Part shown: piece by piece, positions 48,392 through 63,961 of the stretch
Position numbering within the stretch: the stretch's first letter is position 1
How the letters are laid out: each line of letters opens with the position of its first letter
NCBI GenBank assembly: GCA_030390025.1
Contig: CM059433.1
Location: 29,824,001-29,888,000, forward strand
Length of the DNA stretch: 64,000 bases
Reading direction: 5' to 3'
From: Squalus acanthias
Taxonomy: Eukaryota
Notes under the pieces: generated by a model
What the model saw: only the letters and a program-made list of their open reading frames with translations
Told to the model about the DNA's origin: nothing
Database searches by the model: none
Made by a program: the position numbers and the translations under genes

Positions 48392-50271
48392 ATACAGTAT
48401 AACAGAAACATTCAACACAGAAATATACAACACAGAAATATACAGCAACACAGCAATATACAACACCTAAATATACCAACACGCAGAAATATACAACAGA
48501 GAAATATACAGAAACACAGAAATATACAACACAGAAATATACAACAGAGAAATATTCTAACACACAGAAATATACAACACAGAAATATACCACAAAACAG
48601 AAATATACGACAACACAGAAATATACAATGCAGACATATACACCACAGAAATATACCACAATACAGAAATATACCAACACACAGAAATATACAACACAGA
48701 AATATACATCACAGAAATATACAATATAACAGAAACATTCAACACAGAAATATACAGCACAGAAATATACAACAGAGAAATATACAACATAGAAATATAC
48801 CACAAAACAGAAATATACAACAACACAGAAATTACCACAACACAGAAATATACATCACAGAAATATACAACACATTAATATACCAACACACAGAAATATA
48901 CAGCAACACAGAAATATGCAACAACACAGAAATATACAAGAACACAGAAATATACAACACAGAAATATACAACACAGAAATATACAACACAGAAATATAC
49001 ATCACAGAAATATACAATATAACAGAAACATTCAACACAGAAATATACAGCACAGAAATATACAACAGAGAAATATACAACATAGAAATATACCACAAAA
49101 CAGAAATATACAACAACACAGAAATTACCACAACACAGAAATATACATCACAGAAATATACAACACATTAATATACCAACACACAGAAATATACATCAAC
49201 ACAGAAATATGCAACAACACAGAAATATACAAGAACACAGAAATATACAACACAGAAATATACAACACAGAAATATACAACACAGAAATATACATCACAG
49301 AAATATACAATATAACAGAAACATTCAACACAGAAATATACAGCACAGAAATATACAACAGAGAAATATACAACATAGAAATATACCACAAAACAGAAAT
49401 ATACAACAACACAGAAATTACCACAACACAGAAATATACATCACAGAAATATACAACACATTAATATACCAACACACAGAAATATACAGCAACACAGAAA
49501 TATGCAACAACACAGAAATATACAAGAACACAGAAATATACAACACAGAAATATACAACACAGAAATATTCAGCAACACAGAAATGTATCAGAACACAGA
49601 AATATACAATGCAGAAATATACCACAACACAGAAATATACAGCAACAAAGAAATGAACACCACAGAAATATACCACAACACAAAAATATACAACAACACA
49701 GAAATGTACAACAACACAGAAATATATAACAACACAGATATATACAAGAACACAGAAATGTACCGCAACACTGAAATATACAACACAGAAATATAAAACA
49801 AAGAAATATACAACACAGAAATATACCACAACACAGAAAAATACAACAACACAGAAATATATCACAACACAGAAATATACAACAAGGCTGAAATATACAA
49901 CAACACAGAAATATACAACAACACAGAAATATACCACAACACAGAAATAAACAACACAGAAATATACCACACCACAACACAGAAATATTCCACACAGGCA
50001 TGTACCACAACACAGAAATATACAACAACACAGAAATATACCACAACACAGAAATATACAACACAGAAATATACAACAAAGAAATATACAACACAGAAAT
50101 ATACCACAACACAGAAATATACAACAACGCAGAAATATACAACAACACTGAAATATACAACACAGAAATATACCACAACACAGAAATATACAACACAGAA
50201 CTCTACCATCACACAGAAATATACAACACTGAAATATAGAACTACACAGAAATATACAACACATAAATATA

Positions 50272-51162
50272 GGGGGAGAAATTCAGTATCGCCCCATTTG
50301 GGGCGCAATTATCGGCCGGGCGCAAAGATTAGCGCCTGGCGTTAATTATCGCCACCGACTGCAAACTTGACTTTTATCGCCCCTGGAGGTGATTGGAGCA
50401 CTAAATCAGGAGCTTCACACCTGCCTTAAGGCGCAAAGGCCGATGAGCGAGGCGCTACCTCAGAGCGCTGGCGAAGCTCATGTGATGTCAGTCAGCAATG
50501 GAACACACACACAATGGCACCGGTCAGTTCTTAAAGGGGATGGTTGATCTTGCTTTCCATCCACATCCTGCTCATTGCAGCCTTGAATCCCGGCCTGGAG
50601 AGACCTGCACATCAAATCTGCTGGAAAGAACAATGGAGAGTACCAGGGAAAGAGCTTAGAGTGCAGCCCCAACAGTCTCTTCTAAATCGATACAAGGAAT
50701 GGCAAATCAAAATGAACCTGCAAAGTGCTACTCAGTACCCAAAACTCCTTCACACAGCATTGAATCTCTCCAGAAGTCTCTCTCTCTCTCTCAGAATGCG
50801 TGGTTGAAAAATGGCACCAACGATAAAAGGCAGGAAGCGGTCGCCTTTAAATAGTGCTCCCCCAGTCCCTTCATGACTGCAAAACGCTCCCCTCAACCTG
50901 TCGTTGCTAGCGTCAGGCGGTAAGGCAGGGGGCAACACTCAATATCTGCTCCGGGACGATACCGGGGCGTTGCGCACTCGACTGACGTCATGATCTGCCG
51001 GCGCAGGAGATCGTGGCAGTAGTGTTTAGCGCCGCCGCAAAATGTCTAGTTAATTTCGCGAGGGGAGCAAACATCGCCGCGCCTGGGCGCTAGATGCTTT
51101 GCGCCCCATTAGCGCCCTCTTAAGGTGCTAACGGGAGGCGCAACCAACTGCATTTTCCCCCC
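50272..51162 (+). mobile_element. 891-bp family-B MITE in the satellite, higher-order repeat copy 1
   Basis: TIRs GGGGGAGAAATTCAGT / ACTGCATTTTCCCCCC; TSD ATA. Confidence 0.9.
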
Positions 51163-51418
51163 ATACAATGCAGAAATATACCACAACACAAAAATATACA
51201 ACAACACAGAAATGTACAACAACACAGAAATATATAACAACACAGAAATATACAGGAACACAGAAATATACCACAACACAGAAATATACCACAACACAGA
51301 AATGAACAACAACACAGAAATATACCACAACACAGAAATATACCACAACACAGAACTATTCAACAAGACTGAAATATAGCACAACACAGAAATATACAAC
51401 AACACAAAAATATACCAC

Positions 51419-52593
51419 CTCTCCACACTTGCACCCATGACTCACCTCCACAGCGGATTTTCGATCCCTCTCACCCCCGCAGACCCACTGCTCGCCTCGT
51501 TGACCCTGGCGGGGTTTCCCGACATCGGGAAGCCTGCACTTGCAGGGGTAAAATGGTGTTAAGCCTCTCAACTGCCTGTTAACTACCTGTTAACAGGCAG
51601 TTAATTGTCTGTAATCCCCTTCCCGCCTCGAGAAGATGGATCCATGCGTGAATCGGGGACCCGCCTCCCGAGAAGATGTCATGGAGGCGGGCTGTGAGCG
51701 GGGTTGGTACCCGCTCCCAATTTCTGCCATTTTCCTGGCAATCCCGCCTCCATATCGGCCTCCCCAGGGCTGGGAAATTCCCCCCAAAGAATTATACCAC
51801 AACAGAGAAAGATACAGCAACACAGAAATATACAACAAGACTGAAATATACCACAAAACAGAAATATACAACACAGAAATATACCACAACACAGAAATAT
51901 ACAACACAGAAATATACAACACAGAAATATACCACAACACAGAAATGTACAAAACAGAAATATACAACACAGAAATATACCACAACACAGAAATGTACTA
52001 CACAGAAATATACAAGACTAAAATATACCACAACACAGAAATATACAACACAGAAATATACCACAACACAGAACTATACAACAACACAGAAATATACCAC
52101 AACACAGAAATGAACAACAACACAGAAATATACCACAACACAGAAATATACCACAACACAGAACTATTCAACAAGACTGAAATATAGCACAACACAGAAA
52201 TATACAACAACACAAAAATATACCACCTCTCCACACTTGCACCCATGACTCACCTCCACAGCGGATTTTCGACCCCTCTCACCCCCGCAGACCCACTGCT
52301 CGCCTCGTTGACCCTGGCGGGGTTTCCCGACATCGGGAAGCCTGCACTTGCAGGGGTAAAATGGTGTTAAGCCTCTCAACTGCCTGTTAACTACCTGTTA
52401 ACAGGCAGTTAATTGTCTGTAATCCCCTTCCCGCCTCGAGAAGACGGATCCATGCGTGAATCGGGGACCCGCCTCCCGAGAAGATGTCATGGAGGCGGGT
52501 TGTGAGCGGGGTTGGGACCCGCTCCCAATTTCTGCCATTTTCCTGGCAATCCCGCCTCCATATCGGCCTCCCCAGGGCTGGGAAATTCCCCCC
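51419..52593 (-). mobile_element. Two 367-bp one-ended family A half-elements (51419-51785, 52227-52593) in 808-bp tandem units
   Basis: Reverse complement of ~7110-7457; single TIR GGGAAATTCCCCCC. Confidence 0.85.
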
Positions 52594-55500
52594 AAAGAAA
52601 TATACCACAACAGAGAAAGATACAGCAAAACAGAAATATACAACAAGACTGAAATATACCACAAAACAGAAATATACAACACAGAAATATACCACAACAC
52701 AGAAATATACAACAACACAGAAATATACAACAACAAAGAAATATACAACAACACTGAAATATACAACAACACAGAAATATATAACACAGAAATATACCAC
52801 AACACAGAAATGTACAACACAGAAATATACAACACAGAAATATACCACAACACAGAAATATACTACAACACAGAAATATACAACACAGAAATGTACAACA
52901 CAGAAATGTACAACACAGAAATATACAACAAGACTGAAATATACCACAACACAGAAATATACAACACAGAAATATACCACAACACAGAAATATACAACAA
53001 CACAGAAATATACAACAACAAAGAAATATACAACAATACTGAAATATACCACAACACAGAAATGTACAACAACACAGAAATATACAACAACACAGAAATA
53101 TGCAACACAGAAATTTACAACAACACAGAAATATTAAACAACACCGAAATATACAACACTGGAATATGCCTGAAACCAGAGGTATATAACAACACAGAAA
53201 AATGCAACAATGCTGAAATATACAACAACACTAAAATATACAACACAGAAATATACCACAACACAGAAATATACAACACAGAACACTACCATCACACAGA
53301 AATATACAACACAGAAATATAGAACTACACAGAAATATACAACACAGAAATATACAATGCAGAAATATACCACAACACAGAAATATACAACAACACAGAA
53401 ATATACAACACAGAAATACAACATGGAAATATTCAACACAGAAATATACCACAACACAAAAATATACAACAACACAGTAATGTACAACAACACAGAAATA
53501 TATAACAACACAGAAATATACAACAACACAGAAATGTACAACAACACAGAAATATATAACAACACAGAAATATACCACAACACAGAAATATACAACAACG
53601 CAGAAATATACAACAACACTGAAATATACAACACAGAAATATACCACAACACAGAAATATACAACACAGAAATATACATCACAGAAATATACAATATAAC
53701 AGAAACATTCAACACAGAAATATACAGCACAGAAATATACAACAGAGAAATATACAACATAGAAATATACCACAAAACAGAAATATACAACAACACAGAA
53801 ATTACCACAACACAGAAATATACATCACAGAAATATACAACACATTAATATACCAACACACAGAAATATACAGCAACACAGAAATATGCAACAACACAGA
53901 AATATACAAGAACACAGAAATATACAACACAGAAATATACAACACAGAAATATACAACACAGAAATATACATCACAGAAATATACAATATAACAGAAACA
54001 TTCAACACAGAAATATACAGCACAGAAATATACAACAGAGAAATATACAACATAGAAATATACCACAAAACAGAAATATACAACAACACAGAAATTACCA
54101 CAACACAGAAATATACATCACAGAAATATACAACACATTAATATACCAACACACAGAAATATACAGCAACACAGAAATATGCAACAACACAGAAATATAC
54201 AAGAACACAGAAATATACAACACAGAAATATACAACACAGAAATATTCAGCAACACCGAAATGTATCAGAACACAGAAATATACAATGCAGAAATATACC
54301 ACAACACAGAAATATACAGCAACAAAGAAATGAACACCACAGAAATATACCACAACACAAAAATATACAACAACACAGAAATGTACAACAACACAGAAAT
54401 ATATAACAACACAGATATATACAAGAACACAGAAATGTACCGCAACACTGAAATATACAACACAGAAATATAAAACAAAGAAATATACAACACAGAAATA
54501 TACCACAACACAGAAAAATACAACAACACAGAAATATATCACAACACAGAAATATACAACAAGGCTGAAATATACAACAACACAGAAATATACAACAACA
54601 CAGAAATATACCACAACACAGAAATAAACAACACAGAAATATACCACACCACAACACAGAAATATTCCACACAGGCATGTACCACAACACAGAAATATAC
54701 AACAACACAGAAATATACCACAACACAGAAATATACAACACAGAAATATACAACAAAGAAATATACAACACAGAAATATACCACAACACAGAAATATACA
54801 ACAACGCAGAAATATACAACAACACTGAAATATACAACACAGAAATATACCACAACACAGAAATATACAACACAGAAATATACATCACAGAAATATACAA
54901 TATAACAGAAACATTCAACACAGAAATATACAGCACAGAAATATACAACAGAGAAATATACAACATAGAAATATACCACAAAACAGAAATATACAACAAC
55001 ACAGAAATTACCACAACACAGAAATATACATCACAGAAATATACAACACATTAATATACCAACACACAGAAATATACAGCAACACAGAAATATGCAACAA
55101 CACAGAAATATACAAGAACACAGAAATATACAACACAGAAATATACAACACAGAAATATACAACACAGAAATATACATCACAGAAATATACAATATAACA
55201 GAAACATTCAACACAGAAATATACAGCACAGAAATATACAACAGAGAAATATACAACATAGAAATATACCACAAAACAGAAATATACAACAACACAGAAA
55301 TTACCACAACACAGAAATATACATCACAGAAATATACAACACATTAATATACCAACACACAGAAATATACAGCAACACAGAAATATGCAACAACACAGAA
55401 ATATACAAGAACACAGAAATATACAACACAGAAATATACAACACAGAAATATTCAGCAACACCGAAATGTATCAGAACACAGAAATATACAATGCAGAAA

Positions 55501-56154
55501 TATACCACAACACAGAAATATACAGCAACAAAGAAATGAACACCACAGAAATATACCACAACACAAAAATATACAACAACACAGAAATGTACAACAACAC
55601 AGAAATATATAACAACACAGATATATACAAGAACACAGAAATGTACCGCAACACTGAAATATACAACACAGAAATATAAAACAAAGAAATATACAACACA
55701 GAAATATACCACAACACAGAAAAATACAACAACACAGAAATATATCACAACACAGAAATATACAACAAGGCTGAAATATACAACAACACAGAAATATACA
55801 ACAACACAGAAATATACCACAACACAGAAATAAACAACACAGAAATATACCACACCACAACACAGAAATATTCCACACAGGCATGTACCACAACACAGAA
55901 ATATACAACAACACAGAAATATACCACAACACAGAAATATACAACACAGAAATATACAACAAAGAAATATACAACACAGAAATATACCACAACACAGAAA
56001 TATACAACAACGCAGAAATATACAACAACACTGAAATATACAACACAGAAATATACCACAACACAGAAATATACAACACAGAACTCTACCATCACACAGA
56101 AATATACAACACTGAAATATAGAACTACACAGAAATATACAACACATAAATATA

Positions 56155-57045
56155 GGGGGAGAAATTCAGTATCGCCCCATTTGGGGCGCAATTATCGGCC
56201 GGGCGCAAAGATTAGCGCCTGGCGTTAATTATCGCCACCGACTGCAAACTTGACTTTTATCGCCCCTGGAGGTGATTGGAGCACTAAATCAGGAGCTTCA
56301 CACCTGCCTTAAGGCGCAAAGGCCGATGAGCGAGGCGCTACCTCAGAGCGCTGGCGAAGCTCATGTGATGTCAGTCAGCAATGGAACACACACACAATGG
56401 CACCGGTCAGTTCTTAAAGGGGATGGTTGATCTTGCTTTCCATCCACATCCTGCTCATTGCAGCCTTGAATCCCGGCCTGGAGAGACCTGCACATCAAAT
56501 CTGCTGGAAAGAACAATGGAGAGTACCAGGGAAAGAGCTTAGAGTGCAGCCCCAACAGTCTCTTCTAAATCGATACAAGGAATGGCAAATCAAAATGAAC
56601 CTGCAAAGTGCTACTCAGTACCCAAAACTCCTTCACACAGCATTGAATCTCTCCAGAAGTCTCTCTCTCTCTCTCAGAATGCGTGGTTGAAAAATGGCAC
56701 CAACGATAAAAGGCAGGAAGCGGTCGCCTTTAAATAGTGCTCCCCCAGTCCCTTCATGACTGCAAAACGCTCCCCTCAACCTGTCGTTGCTAGCGTCAGG
56801 CGGTAAGGCAGGGGGCGACACTCAATATCTGCTCCGGGACGATACCGGGGCGTTGCGCACTCGACTGACGTCATGATCTGCCGGCGCAGGAGATCGTGGC
56901 AGTAGTGTTTAGCGCCGCCGCAAAATGTCTAGTTAATTTCGCGAGGGGAGCAAACATCGCCGCGCCTGGGCGCTAGATGCTTTGCGCCCCATTAGCGCCC
57001 TCTTAAGGTGCTAACGGGAGGCGCAACCAACTGCATTTTCCCCCC
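56155..57045 (+). mobile_element. 891-bp family-B MITE, higher-order repeat copy 2
   Basis: Near-identical to 50272-51162 with identical flanks; offset 5883. Confidence 0.9.
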
Positions 57046-57301
57046 ATACAATGCAGAAATATACCACAACACAAAAATATACAACAACACAGAAATGTAC
57101 AACAACACAGAAATATATAACAACACAGAAATATACAGGAACACAGAAATATACCACAACACAGAAATATACCACAACACAGAAATGAACAACAACACAG
57201 AAATATACCACAACACAGAAATATACCACAACACAGAACTATTCAACAAGACTGAAATATAGCACAACACAGAAATATACAACAACACAAAAATATACCA
57301 C

Positions 57302-58476
57302 CTCTCCACACTTGCACCCATGACTCACCTCCACAGCGGATTTTCGATCCCTCTCACCCCCGCAGACCCACTGCTCGCCTCGTTGACCCTGGCGGGGTTT
57401 CCCGACATCGGGAAGCCTGCACTTGCAGGGGTAAAATGGTGTTAAGCCTCTCAACTGCCTGTTAACTACCTGTTAACAGGCAGTTAATTGTCTGTAATCC
57501 CCTTCCCGCCTCGAGAAGATGGATCCATGCGTGAATCGGGGACCCGCCTCCCGAGAAGATGTCATGGAGGCGGGCTGTGAGCGGGGTTGGTACCCGCTCC
57601 CAATTTCTGCCATTTTCCTGGCAATCCCGCCTCCATATCGGCCTCCCCAGGGCTGGGAAATTCCCCCCAAAGAATTATACCACAACAGAGAAAGATACAG
57701 CAACACAGAAATATACAACAAGACTGAAATATACCACAAAACAGAAATATACAACACAGAAATATACCACAACCCAGAAATATACAACACAGAAATATAC
57801 AACACAGAAATATACCACAACACAGAAATGTACAAAACAGAAATATACAACACAGAAATATACCACAACACAGAAATGTACTACACAGAAATATACAAGA
57901 CTGAAATATACCACAACACAGAAATATACAACACAGAAATATACCACAACACAGAACTATACAACAACACAGAAATATACCACAACACAGAAATGAACAA
58001 CAACACAGAAATATACCACAACACAGAAATATACCACAACACAGAACTATTCAACAAGACTGAAATATAGCACAACACAGAAATATACAACAACACAAAA
58101 ATATACCACCTCTCCACACTTGCACCCATGACTCACCTCCACAGCGGATTTTCGACCCCTCTCACCCCCGCAGACCCACTGCTCGCCTCGTTGACCCTGG
58201 CGGGGTTTCCCGACATCGGGAAGCCTGCACTTGCAGGGGTAAAATGGTGTTAAGCCTCTCAACTGCCTGTTAACTACCTGTTAACAGGCAGTTAATTGTC
58301 TGTAATCCCCTTCCCGCCTCGAGAAGACGGATCCATGCGTGAATCGGGGACCCGCCTCCCGAGAAGATGTCATGGAGGCGGGTTGTGAGCGGGGTTGGGA
58401 CCCGCTCCCAATTTCTGCCATTTTCCTGGCAATCCCGCCTCCATATCGGCCTCCCCAGGGCTGGGAAATTCCCCCC
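57302..58476 (-). mobile_element. Two family A half-elements (57302-57668, 58110-58476)
   Basis: As above, offset 5883. Confidence 0.85.
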
Positions 58477-60831
58477 AAAGAAATATACCACAACAGAGAA
58501 AGATACAGCAACACAGAAATATACAACAAGACTGAAATATACCACAAAACAGAAATATACAACACAGAAATATACCACAACACAGAAATATACAACAACA
58601 CAGAAATATACAACAACAAAGAAATATACAACAACACTGAAATATACCACAACACAGAAATATATAACACAGAAATATACCACAACACAGAAATGTACAA
58701 CACAGAAATATACAACACAGAAATATACCACAACACAGAAATATACTACAACACAGAAATATACAACACAGAAATGTACAACACAGAAATGTACAACACA
58801 GAAATATACAACAAGACTGAAATATACCACAACACAGAAATATACAACACAGAAATATACCACAACACAGAAATATACAACAACACAGAAATATACAACA
58901 ACAAAGAAATATACAACAATACTGAAATATACCACAACACAGAAATGTACAACAACACAGAAATATACAACAACACAGAAATATGCAACACAGAAATTTA
59001 CAACAACACAGAAATATTAAACAACACCGAAATATACAACACTGGAATATGCCTGAAACCAGAGGTATATAACAACACAGAAAAATGCAACAATGCTGAA
59101 ATATACAACAACACTAAAATATACAACACAGAAATATACCACAACACAGAAATATACAACACAGAACACTACCATCACACAGAAATATACAACACAGAAA
59201 TATAGAACTACACAGAAATATACAACACAGAAATATACAATGCAGAAATATACCACAACACAGAAATATACAACAACACAGAAATATACAACACAGAAAT
59301 ACAACATGGAAATATTCAACACAGAAATATACCACAACACAAAAATATACAACAACACAGTAATGTACAACAACACAGAAATATATAACAACACAGAAAT
59401 ATACAACAACACAGAAATGTACAACAACACAGAAATATATAACAACACAGAAATATACCACAACACAGAAATATACAACAACGCAGAAATATACAACAAC
59501 ACTGAAATATACAACACAGAAATATACCACAACACAGAAATATACAACACAGAAATATACATCACAGAAATATACAATATAACAGAAACATTCAACACAG
59601 AAATATACAGCACAGAAATATACAACAGAGAAATATACAACATAGAAATATACCACAAAACAGAAATATACAACAACACAGAAATTACCACAACACAGAA
59701 ATATACATCACAGAAATATACAACACATTAATATACCAACACACAGAAATATACAGCAACACAGAAATATGCAACAACACAGAAATATACAAGAACACAG
59801 AAATATACAACACAGAAATATACAACACAGAAATATACAACACAGAAATATACATCACAGAAATATACAATATAACAGAAACATTCAACACAGAAATATA
59901 CAGCACAGAAATATACAACAGAGAAATATACAACATAGAAATATACCACAAAACAGAAATATACAACAACACAGAAATTACCACAACACAGAAATATACA
60001 TCACAGAAATATACAACACATTAATATACTAACACACAGAAATATACAGCAACACAGAAATATGCAACAACACAGAAATATACAAGAACACAGAAATATA
60101 CAACACAGAAATATACAACACAGAAATATTCAGCAACACCGAAATGTATCAGAACACAGAAATATACAATGCAGAAATATACCACAACACAGAAATATAC
60201 AGCAACAAAGAAATGAACACCACAGAAATATACCACAACACAAAAATATACAACAACACAGAAATGTACAACAACACAGAAATATATAACAACACAGATA
60301 TATACAAGAACACAGAAATGTACCGCAACACTGAAATATACAACACAGAAATATAAAACAAAGAAATATACAACACAGAAATATACCACAACACAGAAAA
60401 ATACAACAACACAGAAATATATCACAACACAGAAATATACAACAAGGCTGAAATATACAACAACACAGAAATATACAACAACACAGAAATATACCACAAC
60501 ACAGAAATAAACAACACAGAAATATACCACACCACAACACAGAAATATTCCACACAGGCATGTACCACAACACAGAAATATACAACAACACAGAAATATA
60601 CCACAACACAGAAATATACAACACAGAAATATACAACAAAGAAATATACAACACAGAAATATACCACAACACAGAAATATACAACAATGCAGAAATATAC
60701 AACAACACTGAAATATACAACACAGAAATATACCACAACACAGAAATATACAACACAGAACTCTACCATCACACAGAAATATACAACACTGAAATATAGA
60801 ACTACACAGAAATATACAACACATAAATATA

Positions 60832-61722
60832 GGGGGAGAAATTCAGTATCGCCCCATTTGGGGCGCAATTATCGGCCGGGCGCAAAGATTAGCGCCTGGC
60901 GTTAATTATCGCCACCGACTGCAAACTTGACTTTTATCGCCCCTGGAGGTGATTGGAGCACTAAATCAGGAGCTTCACACCTGCCTTAAGGCGCAAAGGC
61001 CGATGAGCGAGGCGCTACCTCAGAGCGCTGGCGAAGCTCATGTGATGTCAGTCAGCAATGGAACACACACACAATGGCACCGGTCAGTTCTTAAAGGGGA
61101 TGGTTGATCTTGCTTTCCATCCACATCCTGCTCATTGCAGCCTTGAATCCCGGCCTGGAGAGACCTGCACATCAAATCTGCTGGAAAGAACAATGGAGAG
61201 TACCAGGGAAAGAGCTTAGAGTGCAGCCCCAACAGTCTCTTCTAAATCGATACAAGGAATGGCAAATCAAAATGAACCTGCAAAGTGCTACTCAGTACCC
61301 AAAACTCCTTCACACAGCATTGAATCTCTCCAGAAGTCTCTCTCTCTCTCTCAGAATGCGTGGTTGAAAAATGGCACCAACGATAAAAGGCAGGAAGCGG
61401 TCGCCTTTAAATAGTGCTCCCCCAGTCACTTCATGACTGCAAAACGCTCCCCTCAACCTGTCGTTGCTAGCGTCAGGCGGTAAGGCAGGGGGCGACACTC
61501 AATATCTGCTCCGGGACGATACCGGGGCGTTGCGCACTCGACTGACGTCATGATCTGCCGGCGCAGGAGATCGTGGCAGTAGTGTTTAGCGCCGCCGCAA
61601 AATGTCTAGTTAATTTCACGAGGGGAGCAAACATCGCCGCGCCTGGGCGCTAGATGCTTTGCGCCCCATTAGCGCCCTCTTAAGGTGCTAACGGGAGGCG
61701 CAACCAACTGCATTTTCCCCCC
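60832..61722 (+). mobile_element. 891-bp family-B MITE, higher-order repeat copy 3
   Basis: Near-identical with identical flanks; offset 4677. Confidence 0.9.
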
Positions 61723-61978
61723 ATACAATGCAGAAATATACCACAACACAAAAATATACAACAACACAGAAATGTACAACAACACAGAAATATATAACAA
61801 CACAGAAATATACAGGAACACAGAAATATACCACAACACAGAAATATACCACAACACAGAAATGAACAACAACACAGAAATATACCACAACACAGAAATA
61901 TACCACAACACAGAACTATTCAACAAGACTGAAATATAGCACAACACAGAAATATACAACAACACAAAAATATACCAC

Positions 61979-63961
61979 CTCTCCACACTTGCACCCATGA
62001 CTCACCTCCACAGCGGATTTTCGATCCCTCTCACCCCCGCAGACCCACTGCTCGCCTCGTTGACCCTGGCGGGGTTTCCCGACATCGGGAAGCCTGCACT
62101 TGCAGGGGTAAAATGGTGTTAAGCCTCTCAACTGCCTGTTAACTACCTGTTAACAGGCAGTTAATTGTCTGTAATCCCCTTCCCGCCTCGAGAAGATGGA
62201 TCCATGCGTGAATCGGGGACCCGCCTCCCGAGAAGATGTCATGGAGGCGGGCTGTGAGCGGGGTTGGTACCCGCTCCCAATTTCTGCCATTTTCCTGGCA
62301 ATCCCGCCTCCATATCGGCCTCCCCAGGGCTGGGAAATTCCCCCCGAAGAATTATACCACAACAGAGAAAGATACAGCAACACAGAAATATACAACAAGA
62401 CTGAAATATACCACAAAACAGAAATATACAACACAGAAATATACCACAACACAGAAATATACAACACAGAAATATACAACACAGAAATATACCACAACAC
62501 AGAAATGTACAAAACAGAAATATACAACACAGAAATATACCACAACACAGAAATGTACTACACAGAAATATACAAGACTGAAATATACCACAACACAGAA
62601 ATATACAACACAGAAATATACCACAACACAGAACTATACAACAACACAGAAATATACCACAACACAGAAATGAACAACAACACAGAAATATACCACAACA
62701 CAGAAATATACCACAACACAGAACTATTCAACAAGACTGAAATATAGCACAACACAGAAATATACAACAACACAAAAATATACCACCTCTCCACACTTGC
62801 ACCAATGACTCACCTCCACAGCGGATTTTCGATCCCTCTCACCCCCGCAGACCCACTGCTCGCCTCGTTGACCCTGGCGGGGTTTCCCGACATTGGGAAG
62901 CCTGCACTTGCAGGGGTAAAATGGTGTTAAGCCTCTCAACTGCCTGTTAACTACCTGTTAACAGGCAGTTAATTGTCTGTAATCCCCTTCCCGCCTCGAG
63001 AAGACGGATCCATGCGTGAATCGGGGACCCACCTCCCGAGAAGATGTCATGGAGGCGGGTTGTGAGCGGGGTTGGGACCCGCTCCCAATTTCTGCCATTT
63101 TCCTGGCAATCCCGCCTCCATATCGGCCTCCCCAGGGCTGGGAAATTCCCCCCGAAGAATTATACCACAACAGAGAAAGATACAGCAACACAGAAATATA
63201 CAACAAGACTGAAATATACCACAAAACAGAAATATACAACACAGAAATATACCACAACACAGAAATATACAACACAGAAATATACAACACAGAAATATAC
63301 CACAACACAGAAATGTACAAAACAGAAATATACAACACAGAAATATACCACAACACAGAAATGTACTACACAGAAATATACAAGACTGAAATATACCACA
63401 ACACAGAAATATACAACACAGAAATATACCACAACACAGAACTATACAACAACACAGAAATATACCACAACACAGAAATGAACAACAACACAGAAATATA
63501 CCACAACACAGAAATATACCACAACACAGAACTATTCAACAAGACTGAAATATAGCACAACACAGAAATATACAACAACACAAAAATATACCACCTCTCC
63601 ACACTTGCACCAATGACTCACCTCCACAGCGGATTTTCGATCCCTCTCACCCCCGCAGACCCACTGCTCGCCTCGTTGACCCTGGCGGGGTTTCCCGACA
63701 TCGGGAAGCCTGCACTTGCAGGGGTAAAATGGTGTTAAGCCTCTCAACTGCCTGTTAACTACCTGTTAACAGGCAGTTAATTGTCTGTAATCCCCTTCCC
63801 GCCTCGAGAAGACGGATCCATGCGTGAATCGGGGACCCACCTCCCGAGAAGATGTCATGGAGGCGGGTTGTGAGCGGGGTTGGGACCCGCTCCCAATTTC
63901 TGCCATTTTCCTGGCAATCCCGCCTCCATATCGGCCTCCCCAGGGCTGGGAAATTCCCCCC
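61979..63961 (-). mobile_element. Three family A half-elements (61979-62345, 62787-63153, 63595-63961)
   Basis: As above, 808-bp period. Confidence 0.85.
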
